The position numbers and the translations under genes were made by a program. Shown here piece after piece: positions 1-9,221 of a DNA stretch of 64,000 nt. The notes under the pieces were generated by a model. It searched no databases. It had not been told where the DNA came from and worked only from the letters and a program-made list of their open reading frames with translations. The stretch is from Desulfuromonadales bacterium (GTDB lineage: Bacteria; Desulfobacterota; Desulfuromonadia; Desulfuromonadales; SZUA-540). The stretch covers positions 1-64,000 of the forward strand of contig JAWSUS010000013.1 of the NCBI GenBank assembly GCA_033549025.1. The letters run 5' to 3'. Numbering within the stretch: position 1 is the stretch's first letter; every line of letters begins with the position of its first letter.

Positions 1-108
1 AAATCGACTGCGGTCCGCCTCGTCATGAAAAATGTCCTGCCCGGCATTGCCTCGTAGCATGACGTGAAAACAGGCACATGGAAAATGAACTCTCGGCTTT
101 CTTGGCAT
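1..108 (-). mobile_element. 5' part of a second RAYT/TnpA-Y1 (HUH) nuclease gene copy, running off the window
   Basis: ATG at 108 reads MPRKPRVHFPCACFHVMLRGNAGQDIFHDEADRSR..., nearly identical to the copy starting at 830. Confidence 0.85.
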
Positions 109-156
109 GGCCTAAAGTTAAGGCCGTTTCCCCGTTTGTCAAGCCTGACCCCTTTT
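1..156. repeat. Direct repeat copy 1 (matches 723-878)
   Basis: 156 bp with 4 mismatches (positions 78, 116, 121, 125) to 723-878; offset 722 bp; identity ends abruptly after GCCTGACCCCTTTT. Confidence 0.97.
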
Positions 157-830
157 GCTCCCACAAGCGGCGGGGGCTCTGCCAGCTTTTCATGACAACC
201 CGCCAACACTTCCTCTACGAAAGAATCGTCCCCTAAAATCCGCCCCTCGTAGGTGCCCCGGTGAAATTCTCGGCAGTATCCATCCGGCTGACCTCCTTCT
301 ACAAAATCGCGATAATGGTCCACTGATCTTCCCGCATCATCGCTGAACTGGCTCAACACCCAATCGACTGTGAGCAAGGGAAGGTTCTCGCGGGATAGGT
401 ACGCATGGTGACTTGACCAGGGATAATCATCCAGGTTTGCCACCATGCCCGCTCGCAGCGGATTTCGATGAACGTAGCGTACCAGCGCCAGCAGATACGC
501 CTCCGCGTCAATCAGCAAGGCTTTGAATCGCCCCTGAAAGATGTGGCCGGTCTGTTGAAATTTTTTGTTGAGATATTGAGTATAGCGAAAGGAGAGATTG
601 TGCATGATTCGCGACAGGGCTGTTTCTTTCACCTGTACAACAAGATGCACATGATTGCTCATCAGGCAATAGGCGTGGATACGATGCCCAAAGCGGGCTA
701 TGCCTTCCTGCAGCAGGAAGAAAAATCGACTGCGGTCCGCCTCGTCATGAAAAATGTCCTGCCCGGCATTGCCTCGTAGCATGACGTGAAAACAGGCACC
801 TGGAAAATGAACTCTCGGCTTTCTTGGCAT
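157..830 (-). mobile_element. REP-associated tyrosine transposase-like (Y1 HUH) gene, apparently 3'-truncated by the adjacent copy
   Basis: Manual translation from ATG 830: MPRKPRVHFPGACFHVMLRGN...AYCLMSNHVHL (HUH motif)...GHIFQGRFKA...RYVHRNPLRAGMV (catalytic Tyr)...YPWSSH...GRILGDDSF. No stop before the window edge; the frame reads out of register into the second copy. Confidence 0.88.
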
Positions 831-878
831 GGCCTAATGTTACGGCTGTTTCCCCGTTTGTCAAGCCTGACCCCTTTT
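723..878. repeat. Direct repeat copy 2, including element end GGGGTCAGGC-TTGACA (minus strand)
   Basis: Matches 1-156. Minus strand reads AAAAGGGGTCAGGC-TTGACA-N16-TAACAT-N6-ATG. Confidence 0.95.
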
Positions 879-919
879 CCGTTCCCTGCCTTTCCCGCGC
901 GCCATGCCTGGCGCACCAC

Positions 920-947
920 AAAAAAGCCGGGCTCCAAGGAGCCCGGC
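920..947 (-). terminator. Rho-independent terminator of the porin-cytochrome operon
   Basis: GCCGGGCTCC-tt-GGAGCCCGGC followed by TTTTTT on the minus strand. Confidence 0.88.
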
Positions 948-981
948 AATTGTAGTGCTAAAGTTTAGATTGGGCAGTGCA

Positions 982-3222
982 TCAAGGACGTTCAGTACCC
1001 AACCAAGCTGCCCCAGCGGGATAGCTGGCGCTGTAATCGGCGATGGTGCCGTGGAGAGTGCCGTCTTCGAGGTAGTCAATGGAGTCGAATATCAGGCGCT
1101 TCACATAGTAGCGATTGTGGGCGAAACCACCTTTCTCGTCCGAGGTTAGCTTGGAGTTCTGGAAAGCTCGCAGGTCATTCTCCACAGCACTGTTGTGGTC
1201 AATCAAAGCACCGCTGTAATTGGTGATGGTGTTAGCTAACAGTGCGAGCAGAATGTCCCCTGCCTCCTGGTATCCCTCTGACTCGTGCTCCAGTTCGGCC
1301 GTGGCCTGATCTACATGCGCCTGCGTCACCACGGTGGGAACCAGGGCAGTACCGTTCCAGAGGTTGTAAGTCTCCCCGATCTGGCTGGAAGAGAGGAACA
1401 GGGCGTGCTCGCCATCATGGCAGCCAACGCAGTTGGTCGCAACAATATCGGTGATCACACCAGTCTCATCCTTCTCCACCACAGCGAATTCATGGTTGGT
1501 GTCGTCACCGTCCATGTGACAGGCCACACAAGGACCGGCCCCATCCGCGCCGAGGCTATCATGGGCAAAGTATACTTTGTTGCTGTAATCAAGCCCAGCA
1601 AACTCAGCCCCAACATGGGTTAGCTCACTATAGAGCGTTGCTGCAGCGGGTGCGTGATGGCCAGCAAAACGGGAGCTCGTGGAAACAATTTCATTATTTC
1701 CACGACCGGCATGACAAACATTACAGGTATTGGAGCTCCCTGATTCCGGCAGAACCACATCGACCCCACCATAGGTGTAAGGCGCTGTAACAGCACCCTG
1801 GACACGAAGGGCGCCCGAGTTGTTAGCATGGCAGCCCCAGCAGTAGAGCAGTTCATTCTGGCCAGAAGAGGTCACTGCACCGAGATCATCTTTTGTCCAG
1901 CCTACCAAGTGAGAAAAATCGTTGTTGGCGGCGTCGTAGCTTGCAGGGTCTGCCACATAGTTTACGAAACCTGTGGTAGTGTGGCACATCTGGCAATCCT
2001 GGCGGTTCCCAGCATCCCAGTCATAATGTGTGAAGCCACCATTGCTTGTTTCATCAGTTGCACCCGCCTCACGGTATACGATAACTCCATCAAACGTGTG
2101 GCTATCAGCATTAGCCGCTTCTTTGGCCTCAAGGATGCCACCGGCATGTCCTGATTTAGCCCAAGATTTATTGATGGTCGTATCTGCAGCATGCACATTG
2201 TGACAGTCACGGCAGACGCGCTCATTTGTCGGATCCATCGTGTAACCTTCAATCTTGGCATTCCCATTGGCATAACTAGTTTCCGGATCATCATAGTGGG
2301 AAGATGAAATTACACGCTGGTAACGGGATGCATGGTATATCAGATCACCGGAAGCACCGTCAGTTGAGCTGGACCCTGCAAGTTGAGTTACCCCAAGCAA
2401 AGTGTCTATTTGTGCATCATGCGCCTGATGACAGTTAGTGCACGTAGCATATTCAGACGACTGAACCACATGCTCACTGGCGCCATGGCCTTCTGTCACT
2501 TCACCCTTCAGAAGTTGATTCGCAACATGAGGGTCATGACAAGTACGGCACTGAATGGCGTGAGTCGTCCCCTCAATGGGAAGTGTGACAGCAAGTCCTT
2601 CAGGGGAGTTAACAGCCTTGTACATGCGAGCGCCCTCGTCATTGTGACACTTGACGCAGATCGCTTCATTGCGACCATCAGCATCAGCGTGGGGGGAGGC
2701 CACATAATCCTCAAGGATATTATCTCCTTCAGGATGGTACCTGTTATGATCCATTGCACTGTTATGGCATTGACCACAGGCGTCATAGCTTGGTGAAGCA
2801 TTAGGGATCGGTCCTACCCCGAAGTGTTCACCACCGGCCCCATGACAATTTTCACAGGTAACTGCAGCCAATCCAGCCGCAGGCACATTTGCCGAATCAA
2901 TGTAACCTTCAATAAGCACGCCATCACCAATGGGATCATGGCACTGTAGGCAATCGCCAGAGGCAGCATCAATATGATCACTGTGTATTACGTGCTTACC
3001 TGCCAAGAAACCGGCAACTTCATCCGCACTCCAGGAAAACCCTTCATGACACTCAATACATTTATCCGCCCCCACATAAGCCAAACCGCTTACGGGGTCA
3101 GTACCCAACTCCGTGCCGCCACTGGTGGCCGAACCACTGGAGTCCCGGTTGCTGCCGCAACCTGCCAGGGCCAGCGACAAAGCTGCACCCACGGCGAACA
3201 AGGCAAACATTTTCCTTTGCAT
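982..3222 (-). CDS. Outer-surface multiheme c-type cytochrome lipoprotein (OmcB/OmcC-like), 13 CxxCH motifs
   Basis: Lipobox LAGC after a hydrophobic signal peptide; CIECH, CLQCH, CENCH, CGQCH, CVKCH, CRTCH, CTNCH, CRDCH, CQMCH, CWGCH, CNVCH, CVACH, CVGCH; last gene of a porin-cytochrome triad. Confidence 0.92.
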   Translation of the reverse strand: MQRKMFALFAVGAALSLALAGCGSNRDSSGSATSGGTELGTDPVSGLAYVGADKCIECHEGFSWSADEVAGFLAGKHVIHSDHIDAASGDCLQCHDPIGDGVLIEGYIDSANVPAAGLAAVTCENCHGAGGEHFGVGPIPNASPSYDACGQCHNSAMDHNRYHPEGDNILEDYVASPHADADGRNEAICVKCHNDEGARMYKAVNSPEGLAVTLPIEGTTHAIQCRTCHDPHVANQLLKGEVTEGHGASEHVVQSSEYATCTNCHQAHDAQIDTLLGVTQLAGSSSTDGASGDLIYHASRYQRVISSSHYDDPETSYANGNAKIEGYTMDPTNERVCRDCHNVHAADTTINKSWAKSGHAGGILEAKEAANADSHTFDGVIVYREAGATDETSNGGFTHYDWDAGNRQDCQMCHTTTGFVNYVADPASYDAANNDFSHLVGWTKDDLGAVTSSGQNELLYCWGCHANNSGALRVQGAVTAPYTYGGVDVVLPESGSSNTCNVCHAGRGNNEIVSTSSRFAGHHAPAAATLYSELTHVGAEFAGLDYSNKVYFAHDSLGADGAGPCVACHMDGDDTNHEFAVVEKDETGVITDIVATNCVGCHDGEHALFLSSSQIGETYNLWNGTALVPTVVTQAHVDQATAELEHESEGYQEAGDILLALLANTITNYSGALIDHNSAVENDLRAFQNSKLTSDEKGGFAHNRYYVKRLIFDSIDYLEDGTLHGTIADYSASYPAGAAWLGTERP

Positions 3223-3257
3223 AAAAACCTCCTTTTGGTGTTAAAACGAAGTAAGCG

Positions 3258-4079
3258 TTAGTGACACTTACGACAGGTCTTTCCGTCGCTGGCCCGCTTG
3301 AGGCGGCCGTCCATATCGCTCCAGTCCGCAGGGTGAGGATTCACCCTCAGACCAGTCGTGGCGCTGTGGCACTTGAGGCAGATATCCCCTTGCGGGTGGC
3401 AGGCCTGGCAGGTGGCCAGATTTTTGCGCGCCTCGCGGGCATGGGCTTGCGACCAACCCGTGGTGCTGGGGATAACCGAACCGCTGGTGTGGCAGCCAGC
3501 ACATTGCGTTTCGTCGTATTGGGCGTGCATGCCATCCAGAGTGCCGTCGGTCCAGCCACGGCGGTGTGAATCAAGAGCCAGGTCAGCCGGAGCGAACTGG
3601 TTGTGGCAGTCGGAGCAGTAGTTGGGCTCGTGGCAGCTGGAGCACAGCTGCTGGTTGGTGCGGGCGGCGATGGGGTGGGTTACGTGGAAATCGCTGCGAT
3701 GCACGTTGATCATGTTGTTGCCGAAGTCACCCATTTCATCGGAACGCCCCGAAGTGTGGCAGTCCATGCAGTAGCTCTGCTGGTGGCAGGCGGCGCAGTC
3801 ATAGGTGTTGCCCTTGGCAAAGGGACGATGGTTGAGGGCCCAGACGGGTCCGTGGGTTTTGAGGCCCGGCATCTCGACGGTGTCGACGAAGTCCTGATCG
3901 TGACACTGCAGACAGACCGAGGTCTCGGGAACGATGCTCTGCGCCCCCTCCACGTGGCAGGTGGCGCAATCCGTCCCTTCGATGTAGGTCAGATGCTCGG
4001 CGTGGTCGAAATCGACCGCCAATGCCGGTAGCGCCCACGCAAAGGTGACGGCCATAACGGCGATTAAACAGCGGATCAT
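3258..4079 (-). CDS. Periplasmic decaheme c-type cytochrome (OmaB/OmaC-like)
   Basis: Sec signal peptide (ALA-V) and 10 CxxCH motifs in 273 aa. Confidence 0.92.
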   Translation of the reverse strand: MIRCLIAVMAVTFAWALPALAVDFDHAEHLTYIEGTDCATCHVEGAQSIVPETSVCLQCHDQDFVDTVEMPGLKTHGPVWALNHRPFAKGNTYDCAACHQQSYCMDCHTSGRSDEMGDFGNNMINVHRSDFHVTHPIAARTNQQLCSSCHEPNYCSDCHNQFAPADLALDSHRRGWTDGTLDGMHAQYDETQCAGCHTSGSVIPSTTGWSQAHAREARKNLATCQACHPQGDICLKCHSATTGLRVNPHPADWSDMDGRLKRASDGKTCRKCH

Positions 4080-4094
4080 ATCGTCACTCCTTTA

Positions 4095-5309
4095 CTAAAA
4101 GAGGATGTTGAGGCGAACGCGGCCACGATTGTAGTAGTCCCACAGATCACTCTCAACCCGCTCGATCTTGGCCTGCACGTTGACCTTCTTGGTAATGTAC
4201 CCGGTCACGTCAGCCCAATAGCGGGAGCTGGTGGTTTCGTCATCTTCGTCATCGATGCGGCGATCGAGAACATCGACCTCCAAACCGACGCCAGCCTGTA
4301 CGTACGAATTGAACAGATAGGCAGCGCGAGCTTTGAAGCCCATGAGATCCTGGCCGTCGCCGTCTTCACGCACAACACCGGTCAGATAACCGGAGAAGTT
4401 GCGGGTACGGATTTTCTCGATACCGGCTTCGAAGACGTCGGCGTCAGCGAACTCGGGGTAGATCTCGCGAGTGTAGCGGCCAAAGGCGTGCAGACCCACG
4501 GAGATGCGGTAGGTCAGTTCGGCCATGACTTCTTCGTACTCGTTGACGGCAAAGACGGAATAAATGGAGGTGGCGGAGAATACCGGGAGGGAGTAGAGAT
4601 ATTCAGCCCGCAGGCCCCATTTGTCGTTGGGACGGTACTTGGCGCCACCCAGGAAATAGGAGACGCTGTTGGACAGGTAGTCGAACTGGACTTCACTGTA
4701 GAGGTTGAGCACGTTGCGGAAGTCGTAGTCGACATCGAGTCCGAAGAGCTCTTTGGCCAGTTCGCCGTTGTCCCACTTCTGTACGTAGGACAGACCCAGG
4801 TCGAGGCTGTCGAAGAAGCGGCCGCTGAGCTCGCCACCGAACATGAGGTCGTCGGCGCTGTAGCCGCTGTAATAGGCGACGTCGCCACCGCCGAACAGGG
4901 CCAGCTTGAGGGGACCGAGGTTGTCATAGTCGAGATAGAGACCGTCCATCATCGAGGCCCCGGCCGTGGTGGAGATGAACTGCCGACCGAGCTTCAGATT
5001 CAGGTCGTCAATCAGGTCCTTCTTTTCGAAATAAGCGTAATAAAGACGGCTCTCGATATCCACTTCGTCCTTGAAGTCATCGGCCAGGCGGCCGTAACCA
5101 CGGAAGTCGAGTCCGTCTCCGTCGATGTCCCTGACGTTGAGCATCAGGTACTGATAGGCCGGCATGGCGGTGTCGCCCTCGGCATCATCGTACCATTCGA
5201 TCTCGGTGCTTGAGCGTCCCGAGATCGAGGCTGCCAGCGCATCGACCGCCGGCATCAGCGCCAGCAGCATCGCGGCCATGCAGACCGTCCATCGGTGCCA
5301 TACTTTCAT
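4095..5309 (-). CDS. Outer-membrane beta-barrel of a porin-cytochrome conduit (OmbB/OmbC-like)
   Basis: Signal peptide, alternating amphipathic strands, C-terminal Phe (RLNILF), directly upstream of two multiheme cytochromes; AAGGAGG RBS. Confidence 0.85.
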   Translation of the reverse strand: MKVWHRWTVCMAAMLLALMPAVDALAASISGRSSTEIEWYDDAEGDTAMPAYQYLMLNVRDIDGDGLDFRGYGRLADDFKDEVDIESRLYYAYFEKKDLIDDLNLKLGRQFISTTAGASMMDGLYLDYDNLGPLKLALFGGGDVAYYSGYSADDLMFGGELSGRFFDSLDLGLSYVQKWDNGELAKELFGLDVDYDFRNVLNLYSEVQFDYLSNSVSYFLGGAKYRPNDKWGLRAEYLYSLPVFSATSIYSVFAVNEYEEVMAELTYRISVGLHAFGRYTREIYPEFADADVFEAGIEKIRTRNFSGYLTGVVREDGDGQDLMGFKARAAYLFNSYVQAGVGLEVDVLDRRIDDEDDETTSSRYWADVTGYITKKVNVQAKIERVESDLWDYYNRGRVRLNILF

Positions 5310-5550
5310 GTTGCCTCCTTAACATGATGGCTGTGAAGTAACCCCGGATAATATCCGGCAACTCAATCAGGCCTGCCTCCAACCCCTCCCAAGGTCAGCA
5401 TCAGGCCTTGCCTTCTTATGGTTCTCTTTTCGTTATCGCCTCCTTTGCTTTGTGTTGTGACAGGGGAAATCTCACTAAATTGAGGGAAAATTTCGAAGCC
5501 ATTTTAACCCCATGGTTCATGAGACAAATACCTTATCTGTTATCTTGTTA

Positions 5551-5566
5551 AGCAGTTTTCGTACCA
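5551..5566 (-). promoter_or_regulatory. Sigma-54 (-24/-12) promoter of the porin-cytochrome operon
   Basis: TGGTACGAAAACTGCT = GG-N10-GC, oriented toward the porin gene. Confidence 0.7.
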
Positions 5567-5711
5567 GTTGCGAGCGTTCCTTTAAAAATAGCCCCATATC
5601 CCACCCTGTCAAGGAAATGCCCTATTTTTCGCGCCACAAAGATTAGCTTCATTTTTTAATATAGAAATCGGCATGTTGCAATCAACAGGGAGGTCGTCTC
5701 CCTTTCGGTCA

Positions 5712-5734
5712 TATAGCGACATGACGTCGCTATA
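5712..5734. promoter_or_regulatory. Perfect 9-bp inverted repeat, candidate activator (enhancer) site
   Basis: TATAGCGAC-atgac-GTCGCTATA, about 150 bp upstream of the sigma-54 promoter. Confidence 0.5.
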
Positions 5735-5885
5735 AAGCCGAGCGATCCACTAGGAATTCATTAATCTGAATTTCCATATATGGTAACATCTTCATGTGAC
5801 TGGCTGCCCCTCGGTGAAGGTGATAAGATGCAGGCAGGTCAGCCGGCCCAAGCCGCTACCGCTACCTTCAAACAGGAGTCATGTT

Positions 5886-6470
5886 ATGTCTGCCCACAAA
5901 TTCAACCCGGCCAAACTGGCCAAGCTGAACCACCCCGACCGCTACAACCGTGAAAACCCTGAACGGATTTGGGAAACGCTGGCACTTGATGATCCGCGGG
6001 TGATCGTCGATATCGGGGCCGGCACCGGCTTCTTTGCCATCCCCTTCAGCCGTCACATGCCCGAAGGTGTGGTGTATGCCTGCGATATCGCCGACGAGAT
6101 GCTGGACTGGCTGGAGAAAAACCTCCCCGCCGAGCTGCAGGGACGGGTAATACCCGTTAAAATGGAGGAACGGACCGTACCGCTGGCGGCGGAACAGGCC
6201 GACCTGGTGCTTATGGTCAACCTGCATCATGAACTGGAAGATGCGGCCGCAATCCTGGCGGAGGCCTGGCGCCTGCTCAAACCCGGCGGCAAGGTGGCCA
6301 TCGTCGACTGGAAAGATGAGGAAACCGAGAGCGGCCCCCCAGTGGAGATTCGGCTCAGTGAGTCGCGCATCCGCCAGCAACTGGCCAACGCCGGCTTCGG
6401 ACAGCTCAAAACGCATGGCATCCTGCCCTGCCATCATTTTTTTGAGGCCCGCAAACCGTTCAACCAATGA
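5886..6470 (+). CDS. Class I SAM-dependent methyltransferase
   Basis: VDIGAGTGFF motif I; ATG 5886 with AGGAG RBS. Confidence 0.88.
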   Translation: MSAHKFNPAKLAKLNHPDRYNRENPERIWETLALDDPRVIVDIGAGTGFFAIPFSRHMPEGVVYACDIADEMLDWLEKNLPAELQGRVIPVKMEERTVPLAAEQADLVLMVNLHHELEDAAAILAEAWRLLKPGGKVAIVDWKDEETESGPPVEIRLSESRIRQQLANAGFGQLKTHGILPCHHFFEARKPFNQ

Positions 6471-6494
6471 GATAACAAGGGAAAGGACTGAGCC

Positions 6495-7850
6495 ATGGCG
6501 AAAGAGAGACTTCTGGTGATTGGCGGCGACGCCGCCGGCATGAGCGCGGCTTCGAAGGTTCGGCGGCAAAAGCCGAAAGCCGAGATCATCGTCTTTGAGC
6601 GTTCCCCCCATACCTCCTACTCGGCCTGCGGCATGCCCTATTACATTGCAGGCATGGTGGAAGAGGTCGATTCTCTGGTCGCCCGCACCCCCGCCCAGTT
6701 CCGCGAAAAGTACAACATCGACGCGCGGGTGGAGCATGAAGTGCTCGAAATCGATCCGGTCCAGGCGAAGCTGCGGGTCCTGAATCGCGAGAGTCGCACG
6801 GAAAGCTGGGAAAGCTACGATCAGCTGCTCATCGCCACCGGGGCCGAGCCCTTCTGCCCCGAGATGGCCAACGCCCATGCGCAGGGTATTTTCGGGCTTT
6901 CCACCCTACAAAGCGGTATCAGGGTGCGGGAATTTCTCGACCAGGAGCAGCCCAAACAGGCGGTGGTGGTCGGCGGAGGCTATATCGGGCTGGAGATGGC
7001 GGAGGCGCTGGTGCGGCGGGGGCTGAAAGTCTCGCTGATCCAGAAGGGGGAGCAGGTCATGGAGACCCTCGACCCCGACATGGGCGCGTTGGTCTCGGAG
7101 GCGCTGCGAGAAATCGGCGTCACCCTTTACCTGGAGGAGACGTTGCAGGGTTTCGAAGCGCAGGACGGCCGCGTGACCGCGATGATCACCGATCAGCGCA
7201 CCCTGCCGGCCGACTGCGTTATCCTGGGCATGGGAACCAGCCCCAACAGTCACCTGGCGGCCGAGGCCGGTCTGGCCCTGGGGGTGAAGGGAGCCATCAA
7301 GGTGAACGCCCGCATGCAGACGGACCGGGACGGGATCTGGGCGGCGGGTGATTGCGTGGAGTCGATGAATCGCGTGAGCGGCCGCCCCATGCACATTGCC
7401 CTGGGGACCGTGGCCAACAAACAGGGGGTGGTGGCCGGTACCAATATCGCCGGCGGCTATGCCACCTTTGCGGGCGTACTGGGAACGGCGGTCAGCAAAA
7501 TCTGCCAATATGAAGTGGCGCGTACCGGACTGCTGGAGAGGGAATTGCCGGCATTAGGGCTGGAGGCGGCCACCGCCACCATCCGCAGCCGCACCCGGGC
7601 CGGTTATTATCCCGGTGCCGGACGCATTACGGTCAAGCTGCTGGCGGAGAAGGGAAGCGGCCGCCTTCTGGGCGGGCAGATTGTCGGGCTGGAGGGCGCG
7701 GCCAAGCGTATCGACATCCTGGCCACGGCTCTCTATGCCGGCTTGCGGGTACAGGACATCGTCGATCTCGACCTGAGCTACGCCCCGCCCTTTTCACCGG
7801 TATGGGACCCGGTGCAGACGGCGGCGCGGCAGCTCTTATCGCTGGTGTAG
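6495..7850 (+). CDS. CoA-disulfide reductase / NADH oxidase family flavoprotein
   Basis: GGDAAG FAD motif, SYSACG redox Cys, GGGYIG NAD motif, C-terminal YAPPF. Confidence 0.9.
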   Translation: MAKERLLVIGGDAAGMSAASKVRRQKPKAEIIVFERSPHTSYSACGMPYYIAGMVEEVDSLVARTPAQFREKYNIDARVEHEVLEIDPVQAKLRVLNRESRTESWESYDQLLIATGAEPFCPEMANAHAQGIFGLSTLQSGIRVREFLDQEQPKQAVVVGGGYIGLEMAEALVRRGLKVSLIQKGEQVMETLDPDMGALVSEALREIGVTLYLEETLQGFEAQDGRVTAMITDQRTLPADCVILGMGTSPNSHLAAEAGLALGVKGAIKVNARMQTDRDGIWAAGDCVESMNRVSGRPMHIALGTVANKQGVVAGTNIAGGYATFAGVLGTAVSKICQYEVARTGLLERELPALGLEAATATIRSRTRAGYYPGAGRITVKLLAEKGSGRLLGGQIVGLEGAAKRIDILATALYAGLRVQDIVDLDLSYAPPFSPVWDPVQTAARQLLSLV

Positions 7851-7853
7851 GAT

Positions 7854-9221
7854 TTAAAGAAAACCGAATTTCTTCATGCGGTAGCGAAAGGCGTCGATGC
7901 CCAGGTGAAGCAGCTTGGCCGCCTTGGACTGGTTGCCTTCCACCACCTCCAGGGCCTGGCGGATGAGCTCGCGCTCGACCTCTTCGATATCCACCCCTTC
8001 CGGCGGGATGCGAAAATTCATGGGGCCGCTGCCGGTGGTGGCTTTAGCGACGATTTCCTGGGGGAGATGTTCGAGCAGCAGCGTTTCATCGTTTTCAAGG
8101 ATGATCGCCCGCTCGATGACGTTCTTGAGTTCGCGGATATTGCCCGGCCAGCCGTATTCGAGCAGGAACTTCTCGGCCATCTTGGAAATCCCCTTGACGC
8201 TCTTGCCGAACTCCCGATTGAAGTGAGAGACGAAGTGCTCGGTGAGCGGGATGATGTCGTCCTTGCGCTCGCGCAGGGCCGGCAGATAGATGGGGATGAC
8301 CTGGATGCGGTAGTAAAGATCGTTGCGAAAAATGCCCTCTTCGATGGCTTTGAGCAGATCCTTGTTGGTGGCGGAAATAATGCGGACGTCGACACGGATA
8401 TCCTTGGTGCCGCCCACCCGGCGGAAGGAGCGCTCTTCCAGTACCCGCAGCAGCTTGGCCTGCATTCCCGGCTCCATGTCACCGATCTCGTCCAGGAAGA
8501 TGGTGCCGCCGTCGGCCAGCTCGAAAAGTCCCTTCTTGAGCATCTTGGCGTCGGTAAAGGCGCCCTTCTCATGCCCCATCAACTCGCTTTCGAGCAGGGT
8601 TTCGGGGACGGCAGCGCAGTTGATGGCCATAAAAGGCTTGTCGGCGCGTGCACTCTCGTAGTGAATGGCCTTGGCGATCAGTTCCTTGCCCGTGCCGCTT
8701 TCGCCCTGGATCAGGACGGTGCTGGCGTCGCTGCGGGCGATCTTTTCGACCATGGCCAGCACGTTCTTCATGTGGCGGCTGCTGCCGATAATCTGGCTGA
8801 CGCCGAACTTATGGGAGTGCACCGTGCGCAGGTTGGCGACTTCTTTCTTGAGGTCGCCGGTCTCGAGGGCCTTGTTGATGACGATGGCCAGCTCATCGAG
8901 ATTGAAAGGCTTGTTGACATAGTCGAAGGCGCCCATGCGCATGGCCTGAACGGCTGTTTCGAGGACCCCGAGCGCCGTCACCATGATGACGATGATCTCG
9001 TCGTCGAGCTCCTTGACCTTCTGCAACACGTCCAGACCGTTGATGCCGGGCAGCTGGATATCGAGAAGAATGAGGTCGGGCGCATCGTCCTGCACGGCCT
9101 TGAGGGCCTCTTCGCCGGAAGCGGCCGTCCCCACGTCATACCCCTGCTTGCGCAGGTTCTGTTCAAGAGACCAGCGGATCAGATGTTCGTCGTCCACAAC
9201 CAGAATCTTATACTTACGCAC
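7854..9221 (-). CDS. Sigma-54-dependent response regulator (NtrC family)
   Basis: REC domain, GESGTGKE Walker A, GAFTDA loop, Fis-type HTH. Confidence 0.95.
   Translation of the reverse strand: MRKYKILVVDDEHLIRWSLEQNLRKQGYDVGTAASGEEALKAVQDDAPDLILLDIQLPGINGLDVLQKVKELDDEIIVIMVTALGVLETAVQAMRMGAFDYVNKPFNLDELAIVINKALETGDLKKEVANLRTVHSHKFGVSQIIGSSRHMKNVLAMVEKIARSDASTVLIQGESGTGKELIAKAIHYESARADKPFMAINCAAVPETLLESELMGHEKGAFTDAKMLKKGLFELADGGTIFLDEIGDMEPGMQAKLLRVLEERSFRRVGGTKDIRVDVRIISATNKDLLKAIEEGIFRNDLYYRIQVIPIYLPALRERKDDIIPLTEHFVSHFNREFGKSVKGISKMAEKFLLEYGWPGNIRELKNVIERAIILENDETLLLEHLPQEIVAKATTGSGPMNFRIPPEGVDIEEVERELIRQALEVVEGNQSKAAKLLHLGIDAFRYRMKKFGFL

Noticed and set aside
155..968. Short ORF-track calls at the left end
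   Set aside because: They overlap the RAYT reading frame, which the track omitted because it has no stop inside the window.
5310..5550. c-di-GMP/cGAMP (GEMM) riboswitch upstream of the cytochrome operon
   Set aside because: Conserved GEMM elements not found by eye; an Rfam scan would settle it.
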